A stretch of 64,000 nucleotides of DNA from Octopus vulgaris (lineage: Eukaryota). Positions 1 to 11,699 of the stretch are shown here, piece after piece. Position 1 is the first letter of the stretch. Each line of letters begins with the position of its first letter. The stretch spans positions 61,194,001-61,258,000 of the forward strand of contig OX597818.1 in NCBI GenBank assembly GCA_951406725.2. The letters are read 5' to 3'. Under the pieces are notes generated by a model. It saw only the letters and a list, made by a program, of their open reading frames with translations, did no database searches and was not told the origin of the DNA. The position numbers and the translations under genes are program-made.

Positions 1-1275
1 TAGGTAGGGGAGTCTCACACACCCTGTTTGCTTACTACTTCGCCGCATGGATTAGCAAGCAGCAGCATACTGTGAGCAAGAGGGCTGCACACGCTACTGC
101 AGTAGATGTGTCACATCATATATGCATACACAGACGCATATGAGAGAGAAGGAGAGAGAGAGAGGGGGAAGAGAGGGAAGAGGAAGTGTTTGCCACAAAT
201 ATCACCATCTTTCCTTTTTTTTGTTTTCACATGAATATATATAATATAATATAATGGATTGAGTTGAAAGGTATTAAGCCTGCGTTGCACGTTAGAGGCA
301 AAAGATATTGGGGATGTTGAACTCTACAGAGAACATTCCAGAGAATGAACAAGTGTATATTAATTACAGAATATTTTAGCAAATAAGAAAATAACTGATT
401 TATAAATAAATATAATCATAGACTGATTATATTAATTGTCCAGTTTCATTAATATAAATGTAACTGAACTTTTCTATGTGAGTATTAACTAAATATGTAC
501 TCTGAAATTAAATTTTAAAAAGTCATAACAATATAATGAAATTAACGTAAAGTATAATGTAGATATTAAATCTAATTAACAGTATGAAATGCCCTTCCAA
601 GGAAAGAGAGAAAAGAAATAAAAATCCCCGAAAACAAGTTCAAAAACCTGGTTAAAATAAATATATAAAGCAAAAATTAAAACCTGTATAAAAACCTATG
701 TATTCAAATTAAAAATTCTCCTATTTCAACCTAACAAACATGGTAAAAAACCAAGAGAAAGGAAGAAATTCTTAGCCCAAAGAATGCAAGGTTGAAACCA
801 TGAAAAAAGTAAACTATTGATCGTTATTTCAGGAGGCAATGATAACTATAGAATAATATAAATGTACAGAGGTTTGTAAGTGCATATACAGAAATTGGAG
901 ATAACTTAAGAAATGAAAGCTAATCAGGAGCCGCTTTTGGGTTTTGAGATAAATATGAAAAAGCTAATAGAAATGTTTCTAAGATTTAATGACATTTTAA
1001 GGATCAGCCAGACGGAAGGGCAGCACTCATGACATTTACAGGTTATGAGAAAGGCATGGGTGGAGGAAAGAGAAGATCCCTACTTCACCCCCAGCTTATC
1101 ATGTGATAAGCTTCCATGCACCTAATTTCATTCACATGGCGTAAGTTGGCATTTGACTATGTCAGATTTATTGTGTTTTGGGATTGAACCTAGAACCATG
1201 AGGTTATGAAGAGATCTCCTAAACCGCACAAATAAATCGTTATTGCATGGAAGTTTCATTCAACGAAGCTAACAC

Positions 1276-1405
1276 ATGGCATTGTGGTTAAGAGCGCAGG
1301 CTACTAACCCCAAGATTCCGAGTTCAATTCCAGGCAGTGACTTGAATAATAATAATAATTTAATTCTTTCTTTCTTTATTTATTTATTTATTATTGATAA
1401 TAATG

Positions 1406-1438
<33 letters not shown>

Positions 1439-1612
1439 TCGTAAAACATCTTAGTAATGAGAACATAGGTTCGAAATTTCCCCAAGACACCTGATGAAGC
1501 ATGGAGGGTATATCAGCTGAAATGTTGTGTTAACAACAAACAAGATTAGGACAAATATCTGTCAAATGTAAATAATGTTCATAATTCCTCATTTCTTAAA
1601 TATAGAACTGTA
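1276..1612 (+). mobile_element. Family D: tRNA-headed non-autonomous element with Penelope-type hammerhead motif (single-arm copy)
   Basis: A-box-like TGGCATTGTGG, B-box-like GAGTTCAATTCC, (AAT)n linker, then GACAC-CTGATGA...GAAATGTT-GTGTT (1486-1531), ending AATATAGAACTGTA; flanked by near-direct repeat aagctaacac (1266-1275) / aaactaacac (1613-1622). Confidence 0.75.
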
Positions 1613-1706
1613 AAACTAACACTGTTGCTCTTTTGAAGGCTATTAGCAACAATAATTAGTAATAGAGACTCAAAGTTACTTATATAATAACATAGACATG
1701 AAATTA

Positions 1707-2232
1707 CATGAGGGCTGATCAAAAAGTATCCAGACTGCTGCTATGGTAACGAATTTAAAGTATGCAGAGTGAAGCCCTTGGCACAGATTCATCTTGAACT
1801 CTGACACACATGCATACTAAGTTGTTATGTTCTTGCTCACTTCGTGTTGTTTATAGCAGTGTTTTGAAGTGAAGTGTGTTTGTACGTGCATGTGTGTGTA
1901 CATGCATGTGTGTGTACGTGCATGTGTGTGTACGTGCATGTGTGTGTGTGCGCACATATCAGTGCATATATGGAAAACATTGAATCCTACTTGAAAGGAA
2001 CGAGATTTCAAGACACTGCAGAAATCCAAGAGAATGTGACAAGGCAGCTGCTCCCTATCTCAAAAAAGGGAGTTCCAAGAATGCTTCCATCAATGGAAAT
2101 GATGCTGGATAAAGATAAAGCGTGTGCCTTCAGAAGAGGACTACTTCAAAGGAGATTAAAGTTCGAACTGTTACGTGTTGTGGTTTTCTTTTCATAGCAC
2201 CATTCCTGATATTTTTGGATCGGATCTCATAT
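1707..2232 (+). mobile_element. Internally deleted Tc1/mariner relic
   Basis: Imperfect TIRs (gagggctgatcaaaaagtatcc / gatatttttggatcggatctc) next to TA; frameshifted transposase C-terminus LKGTRFQDTAEIQENVTRQL...EFQECFHQWK...DYFKGD*. Confidence 0.8.
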
Positions 2233-3087
2233 GGTAATAAATAACAAACTGCATTTGCTAAAATTCACGTAAAAACGAAAAATACAGTGACATAGATACC
2301 AACTTAAAGACATTCAAGATTTAATATAATCATTATGTAAGAAATTGAAGATTAACATCTGCAGATGTTTACTCGTGAATTTATAGAAACAATTTATTAA
2401 CAGAATTAATTAGCATATAAATTTAATTCATTATATTTAGTAAATAACAACTAAATTTGTTAGCATGCCCAGACAAGACAAGGGTGAAAATATAGAAGTT
2501 AAACACTGCAGATGTTCACTAATGAATCTATTATTTGATACTATTAAAGGTAGTATATTAACAATAGTTGATTGGTAATTTAAATTCACATCATCAGCAC
2601 GAAACAATAAATCGAATGAGTGCCAACAGGACTGATGTTATGAGCAAAAAAAAAAAAATATTCAGTGAATTAAAAATTACCTTTGCAGTAAGAAGAGAGA
2701 AACAGAAGCTCAATGACTCATGCTAACCAAATCTGAACATGGAGGCTGCATGTTCAACATGTTATACCTGATTGAATATGATGCATGGTCAAAGATGTTC
2801 CATAAAGATTTTTGCAGTCTTAAGTTTCATCTTTCAACAGTGAAATTTCAGATATTGCAAGGATCAACTTTGCCTTAGATCCACGAGGGATCAACAAAAT
2901 ATAAACCTGTGGATCTTTTTCCTTGTAAATACTGACTATAAATTTCCACAAATGTTTGAGACACACTGACATCTCTCCATAGATGCAATTGCCACCCTCT
3001 GTCAAAGTGGGTAGAAAGCCAAAAAAAGAAAAATAAGCAACAAAAGAAACTAATATCTACAGATTTTTACAACACCCTATTTTTTTT

Positions 3088-3345
3088 TCTTTTACTTGTT
3101 TCAGTCATTTGACTGCGGCCATGCTGGAGCACCGCCTTTAATCGAGTAACTCGACCCCGGGACTTATTCTTTTGTAAGCCTAGTCTCTTTTGCTGAACCG
3201 CTAAGTGACGGGGACATAAACACACCAGCATCGGTTGTCAAGCAATGCTAGGGGGACAAACACACACACACACACATATATATACATATATTCGACGGGC
3301 TTCTTTTCAGTTTCCTTCTACCAAATCCACTCACAAGGCTTTGGT
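3088..3345 (-). mobile_element. Family A SINE, 3' part
   Basis: Reverse complement of the family A body and tail (...ggtgctccagcatggccgcagtcaaatgactgaaacaagtaaa) with internal (CA)/(TA) tract. Confidence 0.85.
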
Positions 3346-3363
3346 ATAGTAAATAATGTATGA

Positions 3364-3506
3364 ACATTATTTACATTTGATGGATATTTGTCCTCATCTT
3401 GTTTGTTGTTAACACATTTCGGCTGATATACCCTCCAGCCTTCATCAGGTGTTTTGGGGAAATTTCGAACCTGGGTTCTCATTCCTAAGGTATTTTTTCG
3501 ATGTTG

Positions 3507-3551
<45 letters not shown>

Positions 3552-3853
3552 TCACTGCCTGGAATCAAACTCAGAATCTTGGGGTTAGTAGCCTGCGCTC
3601 TTAACCACCATGCCATAAGCCCACGGGCATATGGCATAGTGGTAAATAATAATAATAATAATAATAACAACAACAACAACATCGAAAAAATACCTTAGGA
3701 ATGAGAACCCAGGTTTGAAATTTCCCCAAGACACCTGATGAAGGCTGGAGGGTATATCAGCCGAAACGTGTTAACAACAAACAAGATGAGGACAAATATC
3801 TGTCAAATGTAAATAATGTAAATAATTCCTCATGTTTTAAATATAGAACTGTA
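3364..3853. mobile_element. Family D foldback copy (head-to-head palindrome, hammerhead motif in each arm)
   Basis: About 180-bp arms 3364-3546 and 3645-3820 are reverse complements; apex ccataagcccacgggcatatgg at about 3622; full tRNA-like head on the minus strand, deleted head on plus; about 33-nt unique 3' tail. Confidence 0.85.
3730..3772 (+). ncRNA. Minimal type I hammerhead ribozyme motif (Penelope-like); this copy lacks the cleavage triplet seen in sister copies
   Basis: GACAC-CTGATGA-A-GGCTG(gagggtatat)CAGCC-GAAAC-GTGTT: canonical core boxes, 5-bp stem II, stem I GACAC/GTGTT. Confidence 0.65.
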
Positions 3854-3984
3854 CCCTATGTATGACCCCCAAAACAGGTAAAGCAATGTCATTCTAGTGA
3901 GCTCCGAAAATTATGAATGGTTACTTTCAACTCATACTAATTTAGTTAAAACACAACTGATCAGTCATAGTTGGGAACAACTGG

Positions 3985-4035
<51 letters not shown>

Positions 4036-4270
4036 AGAACACTATTTACACTGAAAGACCTTACATACTAAATCAAAGCTATTGTTAATTAAAATCACCA
4101 ACAGCAGGTAGAGAAGAACACAAAGGCCATAGTTAGCCATTAATTCATAATTTTAATTAGACTTATTTCCCATTTCAAACATTAAACTGTGGACACTTCA
4201 ATATGTTAGGCTTTGAATAACTTTCCATTTTCGTGCTATATATCCCAAGAATTGTGTTTTGGAGGTGCAG

Positions 4271-4271
<1 letters not shown>

Positions 4272-4302
<31 letters not shown>

Positions 4303-4490
4303 GTTTAACGTCCGTTTTCCGCGCTAGCACGGGTTGGATGGTTCGACCGGGGTCTGGGGAGCCAGGGGCTGCCCCAGGCTCCAGTCTGGTCTGGCAGTGT
4401 TTCTACAGCTGGATGCCCTTCCTAACGCCAACCACTCCGCGAGTGTAGTGGATGCTTTTTACGTGCCACCTGCACAGGTGCCAGAGGGGT
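4272..4490 (-). mobile_element. Family C retroposon 3' end with (GAT)n tail
   Basis: (CAT)n-cgtttaacgtccgttttcc...gctggatgcccttcctaacgccaacc; matches the copies at 9970, 17044, 20635, 27178, 51341, 59317. Confidence 0.8.
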
Positions 4491-5406
4491 CAATAACAAA
4501 AACAGTTTGTAGTAGTTAATTTGAGAAGGAGAGATGGGCCACACGATAGCTCTGCTAGTAATGTTGTCAGCTAGCAAATGACAGACATGGAGTTCATATC
4601 CAATAGGTGGGTACGTTGCTGATTTCTGTCTCAAAATGCTCGTAATGTCCAATATCATATGTAATAAAATGTTAATGATTAATTCATAAAGTTGAAATGT
4701 TCGTCATCAGAACAACTGTCCTACAGAATAAAAAGAAATTATTCCACCAGAAAAAGTTATCTGAGATAGAAAATATTTCTTATATTTAAAGAAATACAAA
4801 AGAAAGCTTTATTGGAAAGTATGAATCCAAAGAAAGTAAAAAAAAAAAAAGAAAGAAAGAAAACTGAAATTCCTTTGTTGAAAATTGCATCAATTTTATG
4901 TATAATGTATGTATTATCTATCAAGTGTTAGAAAATATGATGTTATTATTCACACACATTATTATCTATTCATTATAGCACAAGTCATCTTGGGGGCAAT
5001 AACTAGTTATTACTAGTGGCACAAGATTTTGTGGTACCTAGTTAGATAATTTTTTCAATGCCAGAAACTGTTTAGTATCCCCATAGGTAAAGACTAAATT
5101 AAAGCTATAGATACTGAGGTGGAAAAAGACTTACAAGTTCAGTTGTTTCACATACAAATAGCGAACAGAAAAATGCAATTAGAGAGACAGACAAACGAAT
5201 AAGAAGAAAAAAAACCACCAATTACATAGCAAAAAAGAAAAAAAAAAATATACATTTATAGCTAAAGTAACTTGAGGTGCATTTGTAAAAGAACATAAAA
5301 CTGCCCTAACATTAATACCTAAAATAGCCGAAACAGAGAAGTTTCTTATTTTAGCTAACACACGTCAACAACAATGTTATTTGGCAAAAGAAAGAAAATT
5401 ACTTAC

Positions 5407-5538
5407 CTAAAGCGAAACCATTTTTGCTCCATTGCATCCTTCCACTTTGATTCATGACTTCACATTTTAATATCACAGTTTGGTCTTTAATAGCAGATAC
5501 GTTTTGAGGTTTTGTTCTAAACATTTGTCTTCCTTGTG
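5407..5538 (-). CDS. Internal coding exon: N-terminal half of the first Ig domain of a nephrin/Sns/Hibris/Kirre (IRM family)-like adhesion protein
   Basis: Translates (A)QGRQMFRTKPQNVSAIKDQTVILKCEVMNQSGRMQWSKNGFALG, matching the family motif FxxxPxN...LxCEV...GxVQWxKxGFALG; acceptor ttttatttcAG at 5540-5539, donor G|GTAAGT at 5406; 132 nt, phase 1-1. Confidence 0.85.
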
Positions 5539-5813
5539 CTGAAATAAAATCAAGAGATATACGTGAAAATCGGAATTTCATGGATATCATCGATTTGGCT
5601 ATATTAAAATAGTGTATGTTTAAAACTGACATTAAGTAAAAGACAAGGTTTATATCGGAATGAAATATTTAAAAAATATATAAAATATAATGTTTGTCAT
5701 ATTACATGAATTTAAAATTCTCATTAAAAAAATTATAAAACACATATTGCTATAAACCCCCAAATGTGATGGCCATCAAATGAATTTTATAATAGATTTT
5801 AGAAAATTTTTAT

Positions 5814-6217
5814 AGTGGCTGTGTGGTAAGTAGCTTGCTAACCAACCACATGGTTCCGGGTTCAGTCCCACTGCGTGGCATCTTGGGCAAATGTCTTCTG
5901 CTATAGCCCCGGGCCGACCAATGCCTTGTGAGTGGATTTGGTAGACAGAAACTGAAAGAAGCCTGTCGTATATATGTATATATATGTATATGTATGTATG
6001 TGTGTGTTTGTGTGTCTGTGTTTGTCCCCCTAGCATTGCTTGACAACCGATGCTGGTGTGTTTACGTCCCCGTCACTTAGTGGTTCGGCAAAAGAGACCG
6101 ATAGAATAAGTACTGGGCTTACAAAGAATAAGTCCCGGGGTCGATTTGCTCGACTAAAGGCGGTGCTCCAGCATGGCTGCAGTCAACTGACTGAAACAAG
6201 TAAAAAGTAAAGAGAGA
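5814..6217 (+). mobile_element. Family A tRNA-derived SINE with CORE-like segment (near full length)
   Basis: A-box TGGCTGTGTGG, B-box GGTTCAGTCC, then TGGCATCTTGGGCAAATGTCTT resembling the MIR CORE motif, internal (TA)(TG) tract, AAAGAG tail. Confidence 0.9.
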
Positions 6218-6474
6218 GGATGTGTATGTTTGCATTTCTAGAGTTGTGTGGCTAATTAGAACAGGTGCTGTTTAGCAAAACTGCAACAGAACTGCTAAGA
6301 TGCTTACCACATGTCAAAAACTGAACATACCAAATTATATTTATCAGGTTTGGATCAACACTACATAGTTCTACCTCATTTGATTGATAACACAAGCTGA
6401 AATGTAAAATTTACAACTAATTTTATCCTTTTAAATGGTTTTGGAAATATGTACGCAAATAGTGATATTAATTT

Positions 6475-6680
6475 GAGCTGGGCGAAGTGTGTAGCCGTAT
6501 TTCATCTGCTGTTACATTCTGAGTTCAAATTCCGCCAAGGTCGACTTTGCCTTTCATCCTTTCGGGGTCGATAAATTAAGTACCAGTTACACACTGGAGT
6601 CGATGTAATCGACTTAATCCCTATATCTGTCCTTGTTTGTCCACTCTATGTTTAGCCCCTTGTGGGCAGTAAAGAAATAG
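6475..6680 (+). mobile_element. Family B tRNA-derived SINE (Meta-like central domain), monomer
   Basis: B-box GAGTTCAAATTCC, then GGTCGACTTTGCCTTTCATCCTTTCGGGGTCGATAAATTAAGTACCAG; tail ...ccccttgtgggcagtaaagaaat. Confidence 0.85.
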
Positions 6681-7063
6681 ATTAATTCAGAAATTGTGTA
6701 TGGATGTTTATTTGCTCAAGAAAGATAGGAGAGAAAGGGATTTTTGTAGATGCTTCTAGGAATGACAATGGTATGATGGCAACTATATTATTGCTGTCTT
6801 TTGGTCATGTAGAAAGTCACCACAAATTTTAACTAAGTAGATGTGTGTGGGAGTGAATGTGTGTGCATGCACACATGTATATAGTCTGTTAAAGCAAAGG
6901 GTACTATTTTGCAAATCTTTTAATCATCACGTTGAGAAGTTAGGGGTACAAATGAGAACAGCTATTTCATATTTTCTTGACAAAAGTCGCGTTTGCCAGA
7001 CCAACAAAATTACTGCCACTAAATTGCTCAGGGATGTGATATATGTGTGTATGTGCATGCACA

Positions 7064-7094
<31 letters not shown>

Positions 7095-8009
7095 ATAGAG
7101 AAAGAGGAGGAGAGAGTGCGTGTGTGTTTGGTGAAGATAGGAGTAAGGAGCACAATGTAGTTAATAGCACCTTATTGATTTCAAGTGGTGAGAGTGGCAT
7201 TGGACCTGACATGCATGGTGGCATGGTAGTGAACCTGGATCAGTGGAGATGGGGTACTTTTGAAGGAGATCCTACATTATTTTGCAATGAGAAGCAGGTC
7301 AGTAACATAAAATCTTTTTAAAGTATGAAATCCTAAACTCCTTTGTGATGGCATCAAGGGATAAAGGAAAACAAAAGTCTAATAGACACTTGACAATAAA
7401 TTTGAGTTTGCAGAGAATTGAAGGCAAATATTATGAGAATCTATAATGCTTTTATTTCAAGACTCCAAGGCAACAATAAATCTTTAGTAGTTCCCATTAG
7501 GAATAACAATGTTTTATCCTATTTGAAGACCTCATCTATATCCTAGTATTATCTTTAAAACTGAAAATCAAAACAGATTTTGTTGCTATAATAGAAATTC
7601 TTCTATTATAATCAACTATTAAACAAATATTGTACTACAATGTCAGTTAATTATATTAAAGCCTACTTTCCTCTCTAATTCAGTTGTATAGTGCAGTAAA
7701 TTACAGTGATAATTTTCAATGACATAATAACATATAAAAAGAAAAACAGCTTTAAAATGTTCGTACGTAAAGGTTGTGTACTTGAATTGCTTATTATATT
7801 ACGTTAACACTTCAAAATCTTTGAAAATCTAGTTCCAATAAGTTACTTATCAAATGGTATCTATATAAACTTTAAAATTATTAAAAATAAGCAAATGTTA
7901 ACAGCAGAATATATTGGAAATGTATCTTAAGAATAATTATTTTTTTAAGTTAAAAATCTTTAATCACAAAATAGGAATTTTGCCTGTATTTGAGGACACA
8001 CAGAACAAT

Positions 8010-9653
8010 GGGGTTGACAGAAACGTTAGCACGCCGGGCGAAATGTGTAGCCGTATTTCGTCTGCCGTTAAGTGTTCTGAGTTCAAATTCCGCTGAGGTC
8101 GACTTTGCCTTTCATCCTTTCGGGGTCGATAAATTAAGTACCAGTTACGCACTGGGGTCGATGTGATCGATTTAATCCGTTTGTCTGTCCTTGTTTGTCC
8201 CCTCTATGTTTAGCCCCTTGTGGGTAGTAAAGAAATAGGTATTTCATCTGTCGTTACGTTCCAAGTTAAAATTCCACCGAGGTCGATAAATTAAGTACCA
8301 GTTACGCACTGGGGTCGATGTGATCGATTTAATCCGTTTGTCTGTCCTTGTTTGTCTCCTCTATGTTTAGCCCCTTGTGGGTAGTAAAGAAATAGGTATT
8401 TCGTCTGCCGTTATGTTCCAAGTTCAAATTCCACCGAGGTCGATAAATTAAGTACCAGTTACGCACTGGGGTCGATGTGATCGATTTAATCCGTTTGTCT
8501 GTCCTTGTTTGTCTCCTCTATGTTTAGCCCCTTGTGGGTAGTAAAGAAATAGGTATTTTGTCTGTCGTTACGTTCCAAGTTCAAATTCCACCGAGGTCGA
8601 TAAATTAAGTACCAGTTACGCACTGGGGTCGATGTGATCGATTTAATCCCTTTGTCTGTCCTTGTTTGTCTCCTCTATGTTTAGCCCCTTGTGGGTAGTA
8701 AAGAAATAGGTATTTCGTCTGCCGTTATGTTCCAAGTTCAAATTCCACCGAGGTCGATAAATTAAGTACCAGTTACGCACTGGGGTCGATGTGATCGATT
8801 TAATCCCTTTGTCTGTCCTTGTTTGTCTCCTCTATGTTTAGCCCCTTGTGGGTAGTAAAGAAATAGGTATTTCGTCTGCCGTTACGTTCCAAGTTAAAAT
8901 TCCACCGAGGTCGATAAATTAAGTACCAGTTACGCACTGGGGTCGATGTGATCGATTTAATCCGTTTGTCTGTCCTTGTTTGTCCCCTCTATGTTTAGCC
9001 CCTTGTGGGTAGTAAAGAAATAGGTATTTCGTCTGCCGTTACGTTCCAAGTTAAAATTCCACCGAGGTCGATAAATTAAGTACCAGTTACGCACTGGGGT
9101 CGATGTGATTGATTTAATCCCTTTGCCTGTCCTTGTTTGTCCCCTCTGTGTTTAGCCCCTTTGTGGGTAGTAAAGAAATAGGTATTTCGTCTGCCGTTAC
9201 GTTCCAAGTTCAAATTCCACCGAGGTCGATAAATTAAGTACCAGTTACGCACTGGGGTCGATGTGATCGATTTAATCCCTTTGTCTGCCCTTGTTTGTCC
9301 CTTCTGTGTTTAGCCCCTTTGTGGGTAGTAAAGAAATAGGTATTTCGTCTGTCGTTACGTTCCAAGTTCAAATTCCACCGAGGTCGATAAATTAAGTACC
9401 AGTTACGCACTGGGGTCGATGTGATCGATTTGATCCCTTTGTCTGTCCTTGTTTGTCCCCTCTGTGTTTAGCCCCTTTGTGGGTAGTAAAGAAATAGGTA
9501 TTTCGTCTGTCGTTACGTTCCAAGTTCAAATTCCACCGAGGTCGATAAATTAAGTACCAGTTACGCACTGGGGTCGATGTGATCGATTTAATCCCTTTGT
9601 CTGTCCTTGTTTGTCCCCTCTGTGTTTAGCCCCTTTGTGGGTAGTAAAGAAAT
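8010..9653 (+). repeat. Family B SINE expanded into a tandem array of 10 bodies (157-158 bp period)
   Basis: gaggtcgataaatt recurs at 8279, 8436, 8593, 8750, 8907, 9064, 9222, 9380, 9538 after one head and an intact first unit. Confidence 0.95.
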
Positions 9654-9969
9654 ATATATAATTACTCACTTCAATTCGTATATTTTTAAAACCTAAACAT
9701 GTAAGTGGTGCTACTTAGAACCTCAACATACCAGACTTCTTGGGTCATAAACAGAGAATGCACAGTTTCATAGCCTTTTCTCAAATAAGTTTATTGCACA
9801 ATGAACTCCCACTGTTTGTAATATACCTCCACTTGCTAGATCAACCAGCTACTGACCTTAACTCACCCAACTTTCCATCATCACTTTGTAGCCAATCCCA
9901 GGGCCTCAACTTCTCAACCATAGCTTTGACATCTTTTCTTATTGTCTGCATTTGTGACAAGCCTTAGTC

Positions 9970-10143
9970 TCATCATCATCATCATCATCATCGTTTAACA
10001 TCCGTTTTCCATGCTAGCATGGGTTGGATGGTTCGACCGGGGTCTGGGAAGCCAGGAGGCTGCACCAGGCTCCACTCTGAAATGGCAGTGTTTCTACAGC
10101 TGGATGCCCTTCCTAACGCCAACCACTCCGTGAGTGTAGTGGG
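9970..10143 (-). mobile_element. Family C 3' end
   Basis: (CAT)n plus family C body. Confidence 0.8.
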
Positions 10144-10149
10144 TGATGT

Positions 10150-10527
10150 ACTCTCTTTTCTCTTTTACTTGTTTCAGTCATTTGACTGCGGCCATGCTGG
10201 AGCACCGCCTTTTAGTTGAGCAAATCGACCCCGGGACTTTTTCTTTGTAAGCCCAGTACTTATTTTACCGGTCTCTTTTGCCGAACCGCTAAGTGACGGG
10301 GACGTAAACATACTAGCATCGGTTGTCAAGCAATGCTAGGGGGACAAACACACACACATATACATATATATACATATATACGACAGGCTTCTTTCAGTTT
10401 CCGTCTACCAAATCCACTCACAAGGCATTGGTCGGCCCGGAGCTATAGCAGAAGACACTTGGCCAAGATGTCACGCAGTGGGACTGAACCCGGAACCATG
10501 TGGATTTGGTTAGCGAGCTACTTACCA
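10150..10527 (-). mobile_element. Family A SINE
   Basis: Reverse complement of the family A consensus. Confidence 0.88.
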
Positions 10528-10647
10528 GAAGCCTCCTGCTTCTATATGTATATAAATATATAAGTGTGTGTGTGTAACTCTTCAGATGACATTTGAGTAA
10601 CATGTCCTGTTCAGTGTCGCTTTTACCTCATAATGAAGTCTTCTTCT

Positions 10648-11002
10648 GGGTTCAGTCCCACTGCGTGGCACCTTGGGCAAGTGTCTTCTGCTATAGCCTC
10701 GGGCCGACCAATGCCTTGTGAGTGGATTTGGTAGACGGAAACTGAAAGAAGCCTGTCGCATATATGTATATAAATATATAAGTGTGTGTGTGTATATGTT
10801 CGTGTGTCTGTGTTTGTCTCCCTAGCATTGCTTGACAACCGATGCTGGTGTGTTTACGTCCCCGTCACCTAGCGGTTCGGCAAAAGAGACCGATAGAATA
10901 AGTACTGGGCTTACAAAAGAATAAGTCCTGGGGTCGAGTTGCTCGATTAAAGGCGGTGCTCCAGCATGGCTGTAGTCAAATGACTGAAACAAGTAAAAGA
11001 GT
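10648..11002 (+). mobile_element. Family A SINE (5'-truncated), inverted partner of the 10150 copy
   Basis: Family A consensus from the B-box to the tail. Confidence 0.88.
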
Positions 11003-11378
11003 ATAGCTTTTGCCTCTGAGTTAGATGGGAAGCATGATGATTGTTTCTTAGCTGTATACACTGTTGTCCAAATGCCATGCTTACATTTTACCATCACCTT
11101 TTATATCTAGGTGACAAAATGTCTATTTCGTTTCTTTGTATATGGTAAACCATCTATTTTGGAATAAAAAAAACAAGAATCACTTTGATTCTTGCCAAAG
11201 AACTATTGAATTTACAAGAGACAGGTTATGAGTTGATTAAATAGCACTTTATACACGGAAGATCATGGGTGCAGTCGAAAGTCATAAAAATTCTGTTGAA
11301 AGATAAACACAAAACCTGAATTTCTATTTCAGCCAAGCTCTTTATCATCACAGGAAAGAAAGCAGAGTTGGTGGCGTG

Positions 11379-11430
<52 letters not shown>

Positions 11431-11483
11431 ATAATGATATTAATAATTGGAATTGAGAATTATGTAACAACAGTATCTGGATA

Positions 11484-11666
11484 GGCACAGGAGTGGCTGT
11501 GCGGTAAGTAGCTTGCTTACCAACCACATGGTCCCGGGTTCAGTACCACTGCGTGGCACTTTAGGCAAGTGTCTTCTACTATAGCCTCGGGCCGAACAAA
11601 GCCTTGTGAGTGGATTTGATAGACGGAAACTGAAAGAAGCCCGTCATATATGTATATATATATTTG

Positions 11667-11699
<33 letters not shown>

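Noticed and set aside
1276-1345. tRNA genes at SINE heads
   Set aside because: A/B boxes are present but there is no complete cloverleaf, and they run into repeat bodies.
2681-3005. Possible next nephrin exon ending at AAG|GTAATT
   Set aside because: Stops in all three frames within 48 nt of the donor and no Ig DxxxYxC motif.
5539-5632. N-terminal extension of ORF 5399-5632 as the true start
   Set aside because: No hydrophobic signal peptide, and a strong splice acceptor marks where family similarity starts.
5776-6046. Recurrent peptides such as SVSVYQIHSQG...CHAVGLNPEPCGW in many ORFs
   Set aside because: Chance reading frames of family A SINE copies, not a gene family.
8225-8275. Hammerhead in the family B junction (minus-strand GAAATACCTATTTC)
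   Set aside because: No CUGANGA-like box at the right spacing; explained by the head stem and junction hairpin.
8122-9653. CRISPR-like regular array
   Set aside because: Units are contiguous near-identical SINE bodies with no unique spacers; eukaryotic context and no cas genes.
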